Made by a program: the position numbers and the translations under genes. Positions 46,526 through 57,147 of a stretch of 64,000 nt of DNA are shown here, piece by piece (the first letter of the stretch is position 1; each line of letters opens with the position of its first letter). Origin of the DNA: Aequorivita sp. (GTDB lineage Bacteria > Bacteroidota > Bacteroidia > Flavobacteriales > Flavobacteriaceae); the NCBI GenBank assembly GCA_048270045.1, contig JBLWTS010000003.1, forward strand, positions 10,069-74,068, in the 5' to 3' direction. Below the pieces are notes generated by a model that saw nothing but the letters and a program-made list of their open reading frames with translations, was not told the DNA's origin and did no database searches.

Positions 46526-47260
46526 ATGAAAAAAATTTTACTTTTAGTAACTGTACTTTTAAGTACAATGACTTACGCACAAGGACATGAAACCTTTGAC
46601 AATTTAGAACTTACAGGCAATTCCTACGCCAGCGGAACTTTTGTGGGCCAAGATGGAATTACATGGACTTTTGGGGAAGCCCGTGGTGATATAGAAATTA
46701 ACGGCAAGGCAATTACCTTGGGGCGGAACAGAGCTAACCCAATGTTTCTTGAGTCTGAAACTATATCAACTGGAATCGGAAATTTGGAGTTTTCATATTC
46801 TCAAGCCTTTTCAACTAATGTTGGTTTGGAAGTATTCGTGAATGATGTATTGGTTTATACCGCTACCAGCGATGATGAGATGGAAGAAATAAAGTCTTCT
46901 GGATTGATTTCAGTTGAGGTTGGAGGAGATGTGACAATTAGGTTTAACAACCCTGAGACTTTTGGTCAAGTTGCTATTGATGATATTATTTGGACTGAAT
47001 ATGAAACCGCAGGAATCAATGATAATAATGATATTGGATTTAATTATTTTCCTAATCCAGTAAACACTATTTTAAATATCCATGCTAAAATAGGAATTGA
47101 AAGTGTTGAAGCTTATAATGTTTTGGGACAGAAGGTAATTAATAATAGTTATTTTAATAATGGTCAAGTTGATGTATCCAATCTACCTGCAGGGTCTTAT
47201 ATTTTCAAGGTGAAATTTGAAGATGGTTCTCAAGAGAGCATTAATGTATTGAAGCAATAA
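46526..47260 (+). CDS. T9SS C-terminal-domain secreted protein
   Basis: Signal peptide and a C-terminal YFPNPVNTILNIHA...GSYIFKVKFEDG sorting domain. Confidence 0.75.
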   Translation: MKKILLLVTVLLSTMTYAQGHETFDNLELTGNSYASGTFVGQDGITWTFGEARGDIEINGKAITLGRNRANPMFLESETISTGIGNLEFSYSQAFSTNVGLEVFVNDVLVYTATSDDEMEEIKSSGLISVEVGGDVTIRFNNPETFGQVAIDDIIWTEYETAGINDNNDIGFNYFPNPVNTILNIHAKIGIESVEAYNVLGQKVINNSYFNNGQVDVSNLPAGSYIFKVKFEDGSQESINVLKQ

Positions 47261-47293
47261 AATAAGGAAACTTTCTTAAATTATGATTTTTAG

Positions 47294-47323
47294 AAAGCTG
47301 TCTGGTTTCAGGCAGCTTTTTTG
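47294..47323 (+). terminator. Rho-independent terminator
   Basis: AGCTGTCT-GGTTTC-AGGCAGCT stem (one G-U pair) followed by TTTTTT. Confidence 0.7.
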
Positions 47324-47340
47324 AATTTTTAAATATTTTT

Positions 47341-47814
47341 TTAGGAATCCAAATATTGAAGGTCTGTTTTCATCCTTGTTTCGGAGGGTATTAAATAGAT
47401 CATATAGATGATTATGAAGATTCCAAAGAGCAGATATTCAGGAGCCATTAATAAAATTATAAAAGCAGCACCTTCCAAAATTGCCAATCGGATAATGGAA
47501 GCAGTTTGGTAAATCCCAAGGTTTTCTTCTAAGCTCTTGTTTCTATCAGCTCTTTTTAATTGTGATTTGAATAAAAAATTTCCCAACACGAAAGCTATTA
47601 ATGGAACCGCTAAAAAATAATTGGATGCAGAATCCATAGATGGGATGATAAGTGTGTCTCTGGAAATGTTTCCTAAAACTATATAAAATAGTATTGTGCC
47701 TCCGCAAATGGCGAGATGAATAAATTTTAGAGCTTTTATTTTTTCTTTCATGGGGTTGGAGTTTGAAATACTATAAGGTGTTTTCCAATTTTTGAACTTC
47801 CAAATATCGTTCAT
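47341..47814 (-). CDS. Integral membrane protein, unknown function
   Basis: 157 aa with 3-4 predicted TM segments. Confidence 0.5.
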   Translation of the reverse strand: MNDIWKFKNWKTPYSISNSNPMKEKIKALKFIHLAICGGTILFYIVLGNISRDTLIIPSMDSASNYFLAVPLIAFVLGNFLFKSQLKRADRNKSLEENLGIYQTASIIRLAILEGAAFIILLMAPEYLLFGIFIIIYMIYLIPSETRMKTDLQYLDS

Positions 47815-47874
47815 TTTCTAACCTTATCAAAAAGTGAAGTCTAGTAAACATCGACTGAAGATTACGGAATCGGT

Positions 47875-49389
47875 CTATTCAAATACCCGATTCTTAAATA
47901 ATTCCTTGAGTTTGTCAAATGATTGTTTCGGTCTTTTGCAGATATAAATGTGCTGGTGCAATTCCTCTTCATTTTCTGAATAGGGATTGTAAATGGTTCT
48001 TACTTCAATAACTTCCTCAAAATATTCCTGAAAAAAGTCGCCAACATCGTAACTCAAAGTTATGGTAACTGGAGTCATTTCTCCTTTAGGAACCCAATTG
48101 TAAAAACTTCCGTGTAATGAAAATGCCTTAGGCAATTCATATTCTTGACGGAACAGATTGACTGCTCCTGCTTGTCCATAATGCTTTCCCCAAATCAAGG
48201 TGTTTTCTCTTTCCGCTTTGGGAAGGCTATCATAAACTTGTTGCAATACCATTAATGTAATTGCCCATTTCTCCTTTGAGTAGCGTTCGTCAAATTTAAC
48301 GGCATACTTTCCACCTGCAATTTCCTTTTTCTCGTATGGGTAGCCGTGCGCTAAGTAGCTTTCCAACGAAAATATAGGCATCCCAAAAGGAATCAAGACA
48401 CTCCCAATTAAAAGTAAAACAGTTAATGGATAAAGTAACCATTTTCTTTTCATCAAAATCGTATTTTCCCAAAACACGGCACCAAAAGTTAGAAGCGAAA
48501 GGACTAGTGGATAAAAGTAATACCCTTTTCCCTCACTAAAAGCCAATAGGATTGCGGAGAGCAGAATAGATACTGATATAGGTCTGTACGCCCTCATTGA
48601 ATGATGAAAGAAGGCAACAATGGCGGCAATAGAAATAAACATCGTCATGGGGTTTAATGCTATAATGAGATTTCCAAAAACCTCTAGCGGGGTTTGCTTG
48701 TCCAATTGGGTTTCATAAAGTCGGTCGAACATCTGGAACACTGGAAAATCGTTCACAAATTGCCAAACAATATTTGGACTTATAAGCAGGATAAAAACGA
48801 TCCCATTCCACCAAAATTTGTGTTTAATCAACGCCAAACGTGTTTTTTTAAAAAACAATAAGGAGGCCACTCCGAATATGAAAAACACGGCATCATATTT
48901 AGTTAAAAATGCAAGTACTGCCCCGAGAGTCAACAACCATAAATACTTTTTGTCCAGATATTTGACATATTTGGTAAGCCAGTAGAAATTTAGCATCCAA
49001 AATAATTGACTGAAAACCACAGGTTGAAAGAGCTGTTGTGACCTGCCGAATGCCGGGGCAATGATAATGCATATCAATACTAAAAAAACAGCCTTTGATT
49101 TTCCACCTAATTCGATAGTTATTTTAGCAACTAGTATCAGAATTAGAATTGAAGCAAGATGAGAGAAAATATGATTTACGTAAACAGAGTGGGAGTGAAA
49201 AAGATTTTGAATAAATGCCAAAACTCCAATCATTGGAGGAAACTCCATAAACCCAAATGCAAGGTGATTTCCAGTTTCAATGTGTAACAGTTCGTCGCCT
49301 TGGAATCCAGAATTGCTGTCGGCAATGAGATGAAGTGCTAACTTGATGCTACAAAAAGTTACCAGAATAAGTTTTATTTGCTTAGTCAT
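47875..49389 (-). CDS. ArnT/PMT-like (GT-C fold) membrane glycosyltransferase
   Basis: 504 aa, polytopic. The first-loop GDELLH (DE motif) and the overall topology resemble GT39/GT83 enzymes. Confidence 0.65.
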   Translation of the reverse strand: MTKQIKLILVTFCSIKLALHLIADSNSGFQGDELLHIETGNHLAFGFMEFPPMIGVLAFIQNLFHSHSVYVNHIFSHLASILILILVAKITIELGGKSKAVFLVLICIIIAPAFGRSQQLFQPVVFSQLFWMLNFYWLTKYVKYLDKKYLWLLTLGAVLAFLTKYDAVFFIFGVASLLFFKKTRLALIKHKFWWNGIVFILLISPNIVWQFVNDFPVFQMFDRLYETQLDKQTPLEVFGNLIIALNPMTMFISIAAIVAFFHHSMRAYRPISVSILLSAILLAFSEGKGYYFYPLVLSLLTFGAVFWENTILMKRKWLLYPLTVLLLIGSVLIPFGMPIFSLESYLAHGYPYEKKEIAGGKYAVKFDERYSKEKWAITLMVLQQVYDSLPKAERENTLIWGKHYGQAGAVNLFRQEYELPKAFSLHGSFYNWVPKGEMTPVTITLSYDVGDFFQEYFEEVIEVRTIYNPYSENEEELHQHIYICKRPKQSFDKLKELFKNRVFE

Positions 49390-49442
49390 TTATATTGGTT
49401 GATAATTCAATTTCTCTCAAAGGAAAGCAAGCTTGATGTATT

Positions 49443-49652
49443 TCATTCGCCTTTCGAGTATTCCAAAATATCTCCAGGCTGACATTCCAGCGCTTCACAA
49501 ATGGCTTCTAAAGTGGTAAACCGCATCGCTTTTGCCTTTCCCGTTTTCAAAATTGAAAGATTGGAGAGGGTAACGCCCACCTTATCCGAGAGTTCATTTA
49601 GAGACATTTTTCGCCTGGCCATCATCACATCTAAGTTTACAATTATCGCCAT
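49443..49652 (-). CDS. XRE-family HTH regulator (YozG-like)
   Basis: 69 aa. MARRKMSLNELSDKVGVTLSNLSILKTGKAKAMRFTTLEAICEALECQPGDIL. Confidence 0.88.
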   Translation of the reverse strand: MAIIVNLDVMMARRKMSLNELSDKVGVTLSNLSILKTGKAKAMRFTTLEAICEALECQPGDILEYSKGE

Positions 49653-49655
49653 TTT

Positions 49656-50192
49656 TTACACCGTTAATTCGTTTTCATTCTGAATTTCAAGTCCCTTTTT
49701 GAAAATAGCTGCAATTATATAGACTACGGCCGCCATTAGAATATATGCTTGGCTGTCTACCCAAAACTGACTTAGTTGGTCGATTTCGTAACCCTTATGA
49801 AGGAACCCCTTAGCTGAATCTCTGGCTAAGTAGCTCAATAACCCTATGGAAAATGTGAAATAACTAATTTGTGAAATTTGATTTAACACAAAATTGTTGA
49901 ATGGGTTTGACAAATTGAGCTTGCTTATTAGTTTGATAACTACATAAAACAAGTAGGCTTTCAAAATCGCGATAACCAGTATGAATGAATACATGCAGAA
50001 AAAAGCCCATTTACTGCGATTATACATTTCACTTAAGTCCAACGTTTGATATAAATTTGAAACAATTTCAGGTTTGTATAGGCTGAATACAAAGTTGACT
50101 AGTAAGCCTCCAGCTTCAATACATAAGCCAACGAAAATCACCCAAGCCACAATACTTAGGACTTTAAATACGAAGTTATTTTGTTTAGACAT
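49656..50192 (-). CDS. DUF2975-like membrane protein paired with the YozG-like regulator
   Basis: I prefer the start at ATG 50192 (MSKQNNFVFKVLSIVAWVIFVGL). There are 4 TM segments and the stop lies 3 nt before the XRE gene. Confidence 0.6.
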   Translation of the reverse strand: MSKQNNFVFKVLSIVAWVIFVGLCIEAGGLLVNFVFSLYKPEIVSNLYQTLDLSEMYNRSKWAFFCMYSFILVIAILKAYLFYVVIKLISKLNLSNPFNNFVLNQISQISYFTFSIGLLSYLARDSAKGFLHKGYEIDQLSQFWVDSQAYILMAAVVYIIAAIFKKGLEIQNENELTV

Positions 50193-50407
50193 CACTATTA
50201 AATTTAAATTGATGTCACAAATATAATTTGTTTTTATTGATAAACAATAAAAAAACATCTTTTATCGAAAAATATTTTTTGTACCTCGTTGCAAATCTGA
50301 AGATCACTTCTCAAAGAGCAATTCATTATATTATTTTATTCAATCATATTGTGGTTCCTCAAGAAATGGTGTAGTGATTCTACAATAATTCAAGCGGTGA
50401 TGTATGG

Positions 50408-51064
50408 CTATGCAAGTGTTGAAGGCAACTTTTTTCCTATTAATAAAGTATTAGTATTTTCAACCTTTTCAAACTTCTGGAAGTCATAGTTAAGTTTGAA
50501 ATCTTCCATAATCTCATCGATTTTTTTAATATCCGTTTGGTTGAATCCAGCGTTAAAAATCACATATCCTCCCGCTTCAACCAAAGGCGTGAGTGTTTTC
50601 CAAAAATCAAAAGAAAAACATTGCGTCTGCACATCCTTGTCGATGAATAAATCTATTATGATGATGCCAAAGATTTTTTTAGCATTCTTTACATACGAAA
50701 ATGCATCACAGGCAACAATTTCAAGATTTTCATTATTCGATAAATTGAACTCATTTTCAGCAATAGCAATTATTACCTTGTCAATTTCAATGGCAGTAAT
50801 ATTTTCACTGTAGTCTAAATCCTTTCTAAGAGTTTGTATAACACTTCCAGCTCCAAGCCCTAATACGAGTATTTCGGAAACATGAGAGACATCAGTCTTT
50901 AAGAGTGCGAATTTCAGGATACGTTGTAAGGAACCGTACGAAAAATTAGTGTTCTTTGTGTCCAGGATTTTTTTACCGTTTATCCAAGTTATTTCTAAGG
51001 TACCATTTATTGCAGACTCAATATACTTTGTAATTGGCCATAAATAACTTAAAACTCGTTTCAT
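50408..51064 (-). CDS. Spermidine-synthase-like SAM-dependent methyltransferase
   Basis: ILVLGLGAGSVIQTL...ITAIEIDKVII...IIIDLF pattern. Confidence 0.65.
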   Translation of the reverse strand: MKRVLSYLWPITKYIESAINGTLEITWINGKKILDTKNTNFSYGSLQRILKFALLKTDVSHVSEILVLGLGAGSVIQTLRKDLDYSENITAIEIDKVIIAIAENEFNLSNNENLEIVACDAFSYVKNAKKIFGIIIIDLFIDKDVQTQCFSFDFWKTLTPLVEAGGYVIFNAGFNQTDIKKIDEIMEDFKLNYDFQKFEKVENTNTLLIGKKLPSTLA

Positions 51065-51325
51065 TTAATTAGTATTGGAGGTCATATAGTTGAAATTGAG
51101 CGAGAAATCACCGTTTTTTCAGTTAGGGGAAAGATATTAATTATACCAGAATTTTTAGGTCGAAATTTCTGTCTATTATTTTGTTTTATACTAAGAAGTA
51201 TAGTGGTTCACACCTTTATTTCATTCGGTTTTGGAGTTTTATTTGTCTGAGGTTTTAAAGCTGCATTTTTAATTTTTTTGGTTTTTTATTAAATATTCCC
51301 CCGAATGTTGAGTTTGAGAAAAGGA

Positions 51326-51883
51326 TTATTCCTGCATTAGTGTCTGTAGTAATTTTAATTCCTTCCAGATTTGATATGCAATCAGAATCGCCAAGGCAAT
51401 AAAGATTGTGGTAGAGGAAATGAGGATATATGTGTAAAACCCACCAGAAAACTCTAGTTTAAAAGAGGGTAATAACATTGAAAAGCCTATAATATAGGTT
51501 AAAAACAAAATCGGGGTAATTATGAAGTGTATGTATTTTCTCCGATTGTAAAATAATATAAGCTTGTTGGTGTAACTTTTCATATCCCAACCTGCTGGGA
51601 AATGATTTTTTTTAATCATAGCCAGAAACTCGATTCCTATTCTGAGAAGTAAACTGCCAATCATAATGCCCAAACCTAAAAACACCGTGTTGTTCTTAAA
51701 CGCCGAAATATAGAAGAAGAACGCAATTAGAATTATAACGGTTATGCCCAAAACCCATTGCCCGATTATTTGCTTTTTACGAATGCTTTTTGACTTCTCA
51801 ATAATTCCAGAGAAGTCTTTTTCAGCATACTGCGGAATATTTCGTTCGGACCATTGCTGTTTTATATTTTCAAAATTATTCAT
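51326..51883 (-). CDS. Membrane protein, possible anti-sigma factor
   Basis: 185 aa and multi-TM. It overlaps the ECF sigma gene stop by 8 nt. Confidence 0.5.
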   Translation of the reverse strand: MNNFENIKQQWSERNIPQYAEKDFSGIIEKSKSIRKKQIIGQWVLGITVIILIAFFFYISAFKNNTVFLGLGIMIGSLLLRIGIEFLAMIKKNHFPAGWDMKSYTNKLILFYNRRKYIHFIITPILFLTYIIGFSMLLPSFKLEFSGGFYTYILISSTTIFIALAILIAYQIWKELKLLQTLMQE

Positions 51884-52355
51884 GTTTTACACAGTTTGAA
51901 AGTTGTTCTTTGATTCGGTGGATTCTAGTTCGAATTGCAGCGTGGGTTATTCCAATGATTTCCGCTATTTCATTTTGTGGCACTTCTTCTAATTCCAAAA
52001 GAATAATACTTCTGTTTTCCACGCTTAACGAGTTTATGCATTTGTACATACTCTCAAAACGGTTTTCTGTTTCTATCGGATTTGGAACGCTGTCATTAGT
52101 GATATCTATTTTTAACTCGATATATTTTTTCTTTCGTAGTTCCTGAAGGCAAGTGTTTACCGTTATTCTATAAATCCAGGTAGAAATTTTGGATTGTTCG
52201 CGAAAATGGGAAAGGTTTTGCCAAACTTTCACGAAAACCTCTTGGGCAAGGTCTTTAGCCAGAAATTCGTTGCCTTTCACATAACCCAAACACAAGCCTA
52301 TGACTCTTGGATAATTCTCCTTATATATTTGTTGAAATTCCAATTCGTTACTCAT
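51876..52355 (-). CDS. ECF (group 4) sigma-70 factor, ordinary size
   Basis: 159 aa. DLAQEVFVKVWQNLSHFREQSKISTWIYRITVNTCLQELRKK (region 2) and EIAEIIGITHAAIRTRIHRIKEQL (region 4). Confidence 0.9.
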   Translation of the reverse strand: MSNELEFQQIYKENYPRVIGLCLGYVKGNEFLAKDLAQEVFVKVWQNLSHFREQSKISTWIYRITVNTCLQELRKKKYIELKIDITNDSVPNPIETENRFESMYKCINSLSVENRSIILLELEEVPQNEIAEIIGITHAAIRTRIHRIKEQLSNCVKHE

Positions 52356-53190
52356 TGCTTTTAAGCACTGTTTGAATTTGAATCTTCAGCCATTCTGGTT
52401 GGTCGTACATTATAAAATGACCAGAACCTTCAGCAAATTTAAGGCTATAATCCTTAAGGTTTTCGTACTGCTTTCTGTAATTAGTCTCCGCGGCCTGCTT
52501 CCCATAGGGTTCGGTTGCCGCCAAAATATAAACGGGAGTTGTTATATCGCCTAAGGATTCGCGTAAATCCAGTTTTAATAAATCAGTGTAGCCATAGACA
52601 TAGGTTTTTCTGTCGCTTTTAATAATCCAATTGGCTATTACTTGTTGCTTCTCGGTATTACTGGTCATATAAGTAGCACTTTGGAGTGCCATATTGCGAA
52701 AAGATTCGTCGTCCATAGCCAATACTTGATCATTATATGGATTATCATAAACAATTGTTTCACTGTTATAATCTGCCATCATTAATGCGCCCATTGCTGG
52801 CAAGGCATCAATAACGATAAGTTTAGAATATGCGTCAGAATCCGATAATATCCAAAGTCCGAGCGTTCCTCCCAAACTATGTCCGATAATAATTGGGTTC
52901 TTTAAGTTGTTTGTTTTTATATAATTTTCAATATCTGTTTTAATTTGTGGCAACCACGGAAAAGAGATAGGAGGGACGTCACCGAAACCAGCAAAAGTAA
53001 AAGCGTGAACTTCATAGTTTTTGGACAACTCATCTTTTAAGTTGTCAAACACATCGGAAGTACAAGCAAACCCTGGAAATAATAAAATTGGCTGACCTTT
53101 TCCTGTTTTTTCGATCCCAAAACTGTTTTGCCCAAAGGATGTGAAACCTGAAACAAGTAAAATGACAATGAGTAAATTTATTTTTTTCAT
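52348..53190 (-). CDS. Secreted alpha/beta hydrolase
   Basis: Signal peptide and the nucleophile elbow GHSLGG. Confidence 0.85.
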   Translation of the reverse strand: MKKINLLIVILLVSGFTSFGQNSFGIEKTGKGQPILLFPGFACTSDVFDNLKDELSKNYEVHAFTFAGFGDVPPISFPWLPQIKTDIENYIKTNNLKNPIIIGHSLGGTLGLWILSDSDAYSKLIVIDALPAMGALMMADYNSETIVYDNPYNDQVLAMDDESFRNMALQSATYMTSNTEKQQVIANWIIKSDRKTYVYGYTDLLKLDLRESLGDITTPVYILAATEPYGKQAAETNYRKQYENLKDYSLKFAEGSGHFIMYDQPEWLKIQIQTVLKSNE

Positions 53191-53542
53191 GACTAAGAAT
53201 TTATGTTTTGCCCTTTAGATACATTATTTTTAAAATGTTACATGGACTCTTAAATATTTTTAATTATTTGGAATGTCATTTTAATGAAAGGAAGAATCTT
53301 GTGACGAAATTCATGTATACGACAAGCTAGATATTCAGGATAATTTATAGTCGAAGTTTAATTTAACAATAGAAATAATAATATAGCGGTAATACTATCT
53401 TCACAAATTAGAATCTTGATAAATAATTTGTAATTTGCAACCAGTAATCGAAATCTACTAACGCTTGATTATCAATAATTCATGTTTTAAATGGGCTATT
53501 TAATTCTTTTGAACATAGTCTGAAATGCAATAAAATTCTATT

Positions 53543-55150
53543 ATGCGTACTAACTTCTATATTATATCGAGCATATCGCTCGTGATAACCTTTGCATTAG
53601 CTTTTTTCCTAAGTGCAAACTGGTATGTGCTTTTTGCAATAGTTTTAGCCCTGACTATTTTGGGGTATTATGATGTTTTTCAAACCCGGCATACCGTTAT
53701 GCGGAATTATCCCGTACTGGGCAGATTGCGTTATGTTCTTGAAGATCTTCGTCCAAAAATGTATCAATATTTTATTGAATCTGATATTGATGGTCGTCCA
53801 TTCAATAGAGTGGATCGTTCCACGGTTTACCAAAGAGCGAAATCAGTGCGTGATACAATTCCTTTTGGAACACAGCACGACGTATATGCCGAAGGTTACG
53901 AATGGATTTGCCATTCCATCGCCCCAAAGGCTTTTGACACCTTGAATAGCGACCCTCGGATTGAGATAGGGAACAAGGATTGTAAACAACCTTATTCTGC
54001 CAGTATATTGAATATTTCTGCAATGAGTTTTGGATCTCTGAGTGCCGCGGCTGTAGAGGCATTAAATGGCGGTGCAAAAATTGGAAATTTTGCCCATAAT
54101 ACAGGAGAGGGTGGTTTGAGTGATTACCATTTAAAACATGGTGGCGATATAATTTGGCAAATTGGAACAGGATATTTTGGATGCCGAACAGAAGAAGGGA
54201 AATTTAACCCTGAACTTTTTGCAGAAAAGTCGAAACATCCAAACGTAAAAATGATTGAGCTCAAAATTTCACAAGGAGCAAAACCAGGACATGGTGGAAT
54301 CCTACCCGCTGAAAAGAACTCTGAGGAAATTGCTAGAATTCGACATATTGAACCATTTACCAAAGTAGTTTCGCCTCCGTATCATTCTGCTTTTGATACC
54401 CCTTTGGAGATGGTGAAATTCATTCAGAAATTAAGAGATTTATCCGGAGGAAAACCTGTTGGATTTAAATTGTGTATTGGTTATAAAAGTGAATTTATAT
54501 CCATTTGTCAAGCTATGGTTGAGCTGGATATCTATCCAGATTATATTGCCGTTGATGGAGGTGAAGGAGGAACGGGTGCTGCGCCCCCAGAGTTCAGCAA
54601 TTATGTGGGGGCTCCACTAATAGACGGTCTTGATTTTGTTCATAATATTCTGAGAGGGATGGGAATCAGGCAACACATTAAAATTATGGCTGCAGGCAAA
54701 ATTAGTTCTGCTTTTCATGTGGCTCGTGCTATTGCTTTGGGAGCAGATGCATGTTATCAGGCTCGGGCAATGATGTTGGCATTGGGATGTATTCAAGCAT
54801 TAATATGTAACACAAATAAGTGCCCTACAGGTATTACTACACAAGATCCAAAGTTGACTAAAGGCTTGGTTCCTAAAGACAAAATGACACGAGTTGCTAA
54901 TTATCATCAAAAAACTATTGAAAATTTTGTAGAACTTCTCGGGGCTACTGGTCTAGATGAAACGACAAACTTAACACGTTCACACATTTATCGTCGTATT
55001 TCATTTAATGATATGATTACTTATGAGGAGCTTTTCCCATCTATAAAACCAGGATCAATGCTCAACGGCGAGATTCCTGAGAAATATAAATTGGACTTTG
55101 CTTTTGCCGATAGAACACGTTGGGGTATCCATCCGGACGTAAAATTTTAA
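53543..55150 (+). CDS. FMN-binding glutamate synthase family protein (GltB domain 2-like) with N-terminal TM segments
   Basis: 535 aa. ISAMSFGSLS, GEGG, KISQGAKPGHGG and VDGGEGGTGAAP motifs. Confidence 0.88.
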   Translation: MRTNFYIISSISLVITFALAFFLSANWYVLFAIVLALTILGYYDVFQTRHTVMRNYPVLGRLRYVLEDLRPKMYQYFIESDIDGRPFNRVDRSTVYQRAKSVRDTIPFGTQHDVYAEGYEWICHSIAPKAFDTLNSDPRIEIGNKDCKQPYSASILNISAMSFGSLSAAAVEALNGGAKIGNFAHNTGEGGLSDYHLKHGGDIIWQIGTGYFGCRTEEGKFNPELFAEKSKHPNVKMIELKISQGAKPGHGGILPAEKNSEEIARIRHIEPFTKVVSPPYHSAFDTPLEMVKFIQKLRDLSGGKPVGFKLCIGYKSEFISICQAMVELDIYPDYIAVDGGEGGTGAAPPEFSNYVGAPLIDGLDFVHNILRGMGIRQHIKIMAAGKISSAFHVARAIALGADACYQARAMMLALGCIQALICNTNKCPTGITTQDPKLTKGLVPKDKMTRVANYHQKTIENFVELLGATGLDETTNLTRSHIYRRISFNDMITYEELFPSIKPGSMLNGEIPEKYKLDFAFADRTRWGIHPDVKF

Positions 55151-55178
55151 AACGATAAATCTTTATCAGTCAAAAAAT

Positions 55179-55224
55179 AACGCTAAACCTAAAGTTTGAT
55201 TTTCACTTAGGTTTAGCGTTTGGC
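55179..55224. terminator. Bidirectional hairpin between convergent genes
   Basis: AACGCTAAACCTAA (55179-55192) pairs perfectly with TTAGGTTTAGCGTT (55207-55220). Confidence 0.7.
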
Positions 55225-55243
55225 TTTGATTTCGATTTCTGAT

Positions 55244-56062
55244 TTAGTTTTTGATAATCTTCTTTGTTTGAACTCCCTTGGCACTGATTATTTTTAGAAA
55301 ATAAACTCCATTTGAAAAAGCGGATAAATCTATCTCGTGAAGGTTTGAGGCTTCTATTTTTTTCATTCTTCCCAAAGAATCATAAATTTCTAAGCGATCA
55401 ATTTTGGAATTATTCGATTTGATGTATAAGACGTCTTTGGTCGGGACGGGGTATATACTCACAAGTTGGTTTTTAAAATCACCAGCGTCTAATAGATATA
55501 ATGTTCCTACGGTATCAATTTCAAGATTTCCGTTTTCGTATGCGCCATTGAATGAAATGTCTGGATTGTGGATTATCGACAACTCAAATGCTTGGGATAA
55601 AACCTCCGTGATTGAGTTAGTGCCTTTAATTAAAGTAAAGACTCCTGGCCAAATTGGAAACTCGATCCATGAATCCCATGTGTCTGTGTTTGCTGGAACT
55701 ATTACAGGCTCGGTAGTCACGATTTTTGAACCTTCATAATTTGCAAACCCCAGACGAAGATGGATGTCAAATGGATTATTGTTCTTTACTTCCATGTATA
55801 TTGTAGCCGCATCATCACTCACATAGTTATCCTGAAAATAAGAGAGGTTCCTAATGGACATTTCGCCATTCACGGTATTACTGCCGTCACAGCTCTTTTT
55901 AAAACTATAAGGGTTTCGATCCTCTAATGATAAATTTGTAATTGATCCATCTGAGTTTGTCCATTCCTCAAAAGTTCCAGAATCAAAATAAGTGTATCCA
56001 TGGGTCTGACTATAGCCGAAGGAAACCGACAAGAGTAAAATATAAATGTATAAGTTTTTCAT
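55244..56062 (-). CDS. T9SS C-terminal-domain secreted protein
   Basis: Signal peptide and a C-terminal IYPVPTKDVLYIKS...GVYFLKIISAKG. Confidence 0.7.
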   Translation of the reverse strand: MKNLYIYILLLSVSFGYSQTHGYTYFDSGTFEEWTNSDGSITNLSLEDRNPYSFKKSCDGSNTVNGEMSIRNLSYFQDNYVSDDAATIYMEVKNNNPFDIHLRLGFANYEGSKIVTTEPVIVPANTDTWDSWIEFPIWPGVFTLIKGTNSITEVLSQAFELSIIHNPDISFNGAYENGNLEIDTVGTLYLLDAGDFKNQLVSIYPVPTKDVLYIKSNNSKIDRLEIYDSLGRMKKIEASNLHEIDLSAFSNGVYFLKIISAKGVQTKKIIKN

Positions 56063-56361
56063 GGTTTCTAGTGTTTATGGGCTGTTGGTTGTTAGAGTTT
56101 TCAGTGTTCTCTCATCTTATTTTTCATTACAAGATTTCAGTATTTTTATTGTGTATTTCACCTTAAATTTTGTTTTTTCACAAATGATTGAAGGGGTATA
56201 TCAAGATAGGAATTAATTTTCATTCTACCCAATATTGTAAAAATTAACGTCTTACGACAATAGTTTTAGAAAGATAGAATGTGCTTTTGTAATAAAAACT
56301 CACAAATCCGCAAGATTAAAAAGTGGTTCGGTGAGTGCAATGATTGAAGTTTTTAATGGCA

Positions 56362-56943
56362 CTAATTATTGAGGTCGATATCAATATTATATTTCTCCAA
56401 CAATCCTGAAATGCCAGAAAGGGAAAATTTTGCGTTTTTAATTCGGTTTATTTCAGGGTTTAAAGAGTAATTGAATGAAGTTCTAATATCCGATTTTTCA
56501 AGATTTGTATTGTTGAAAGTTGCGGCTGCCAAATCGCAATTATCAAAAACAGACGCACTCAAATCACATTCTGCAAAATCTACTTCGCGAAGTTGTGAGT
56601 TTTTAAATCTTGTCTTTTTAATTTTTAATTTATAAAATGAAGAGTGGTTTAAAGTGCAATTCTCAAAGCTAAATGCAAGTCCAAATTCATTACACTGGTC
56701 AAAACGCAATCCCAGCATTTTACAATCTTTGAATTGAACATCTTTAAAAGCGGTGCCTGCAAGTTTGGTCAAACTTAAATTGCAACCAAGAAATTCGCAG
56801 TCGGTAAAGCTAAAATTGAATAGGTTGTAATTTGAAAAATCACAATCCACAAAACGACAATTGTCATACTCTCCTTTTGCCAAAGGGTTATGGTTGAAGT
56901 CTATTTTGGTAAACGTCTTTTCTTCAAAATATGATTGTTCCAT
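56362..56943 (-). CDS. Pentapeptide-repeat protein
   Basis: 193 aa with repeated A(D/N)LxX quintets (CDFSNYNLFNFSFTDCEFLGCNLSLTKLAG...). Confidence 0.85.
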   Translation of the reverse strand: MEQSYFEEKTFTKIDFNHNPLAKGEYDNCRFVDCDFSNYNLFNFSFTDCEFLGCNLSLTKLAGTAFKDVQFKDCKMLGLRFDQCNEFGLAFSFENCTLNHSSFYKLKIKKTRFKNSQLREVDFAECDLSASVFDNCDLAAATFNNTNLEKSDIRTSFNYSLNPEINRIKNAKFSLSGISGLLEKYNIDIDLNN

Positions 56944-57147
56944 TTGTTGTTTTTGATGATTACAAAATTGAGAAGAAAATTTTTCAAAACTGTGTTTTCC
57001 TTCCCGAGTTGCCGTTTTTCCTTTTTCTAGTTGTCCTAGAAGTGCGTCATATATCGCAGAGGTGGAAGAGTTAAGACTTGAAAAATGAAGGACGACTCGA
57101 TACAGGAAGTTCAGAACCTCTCACGAAGTAGTTTTCAATTCCGATTT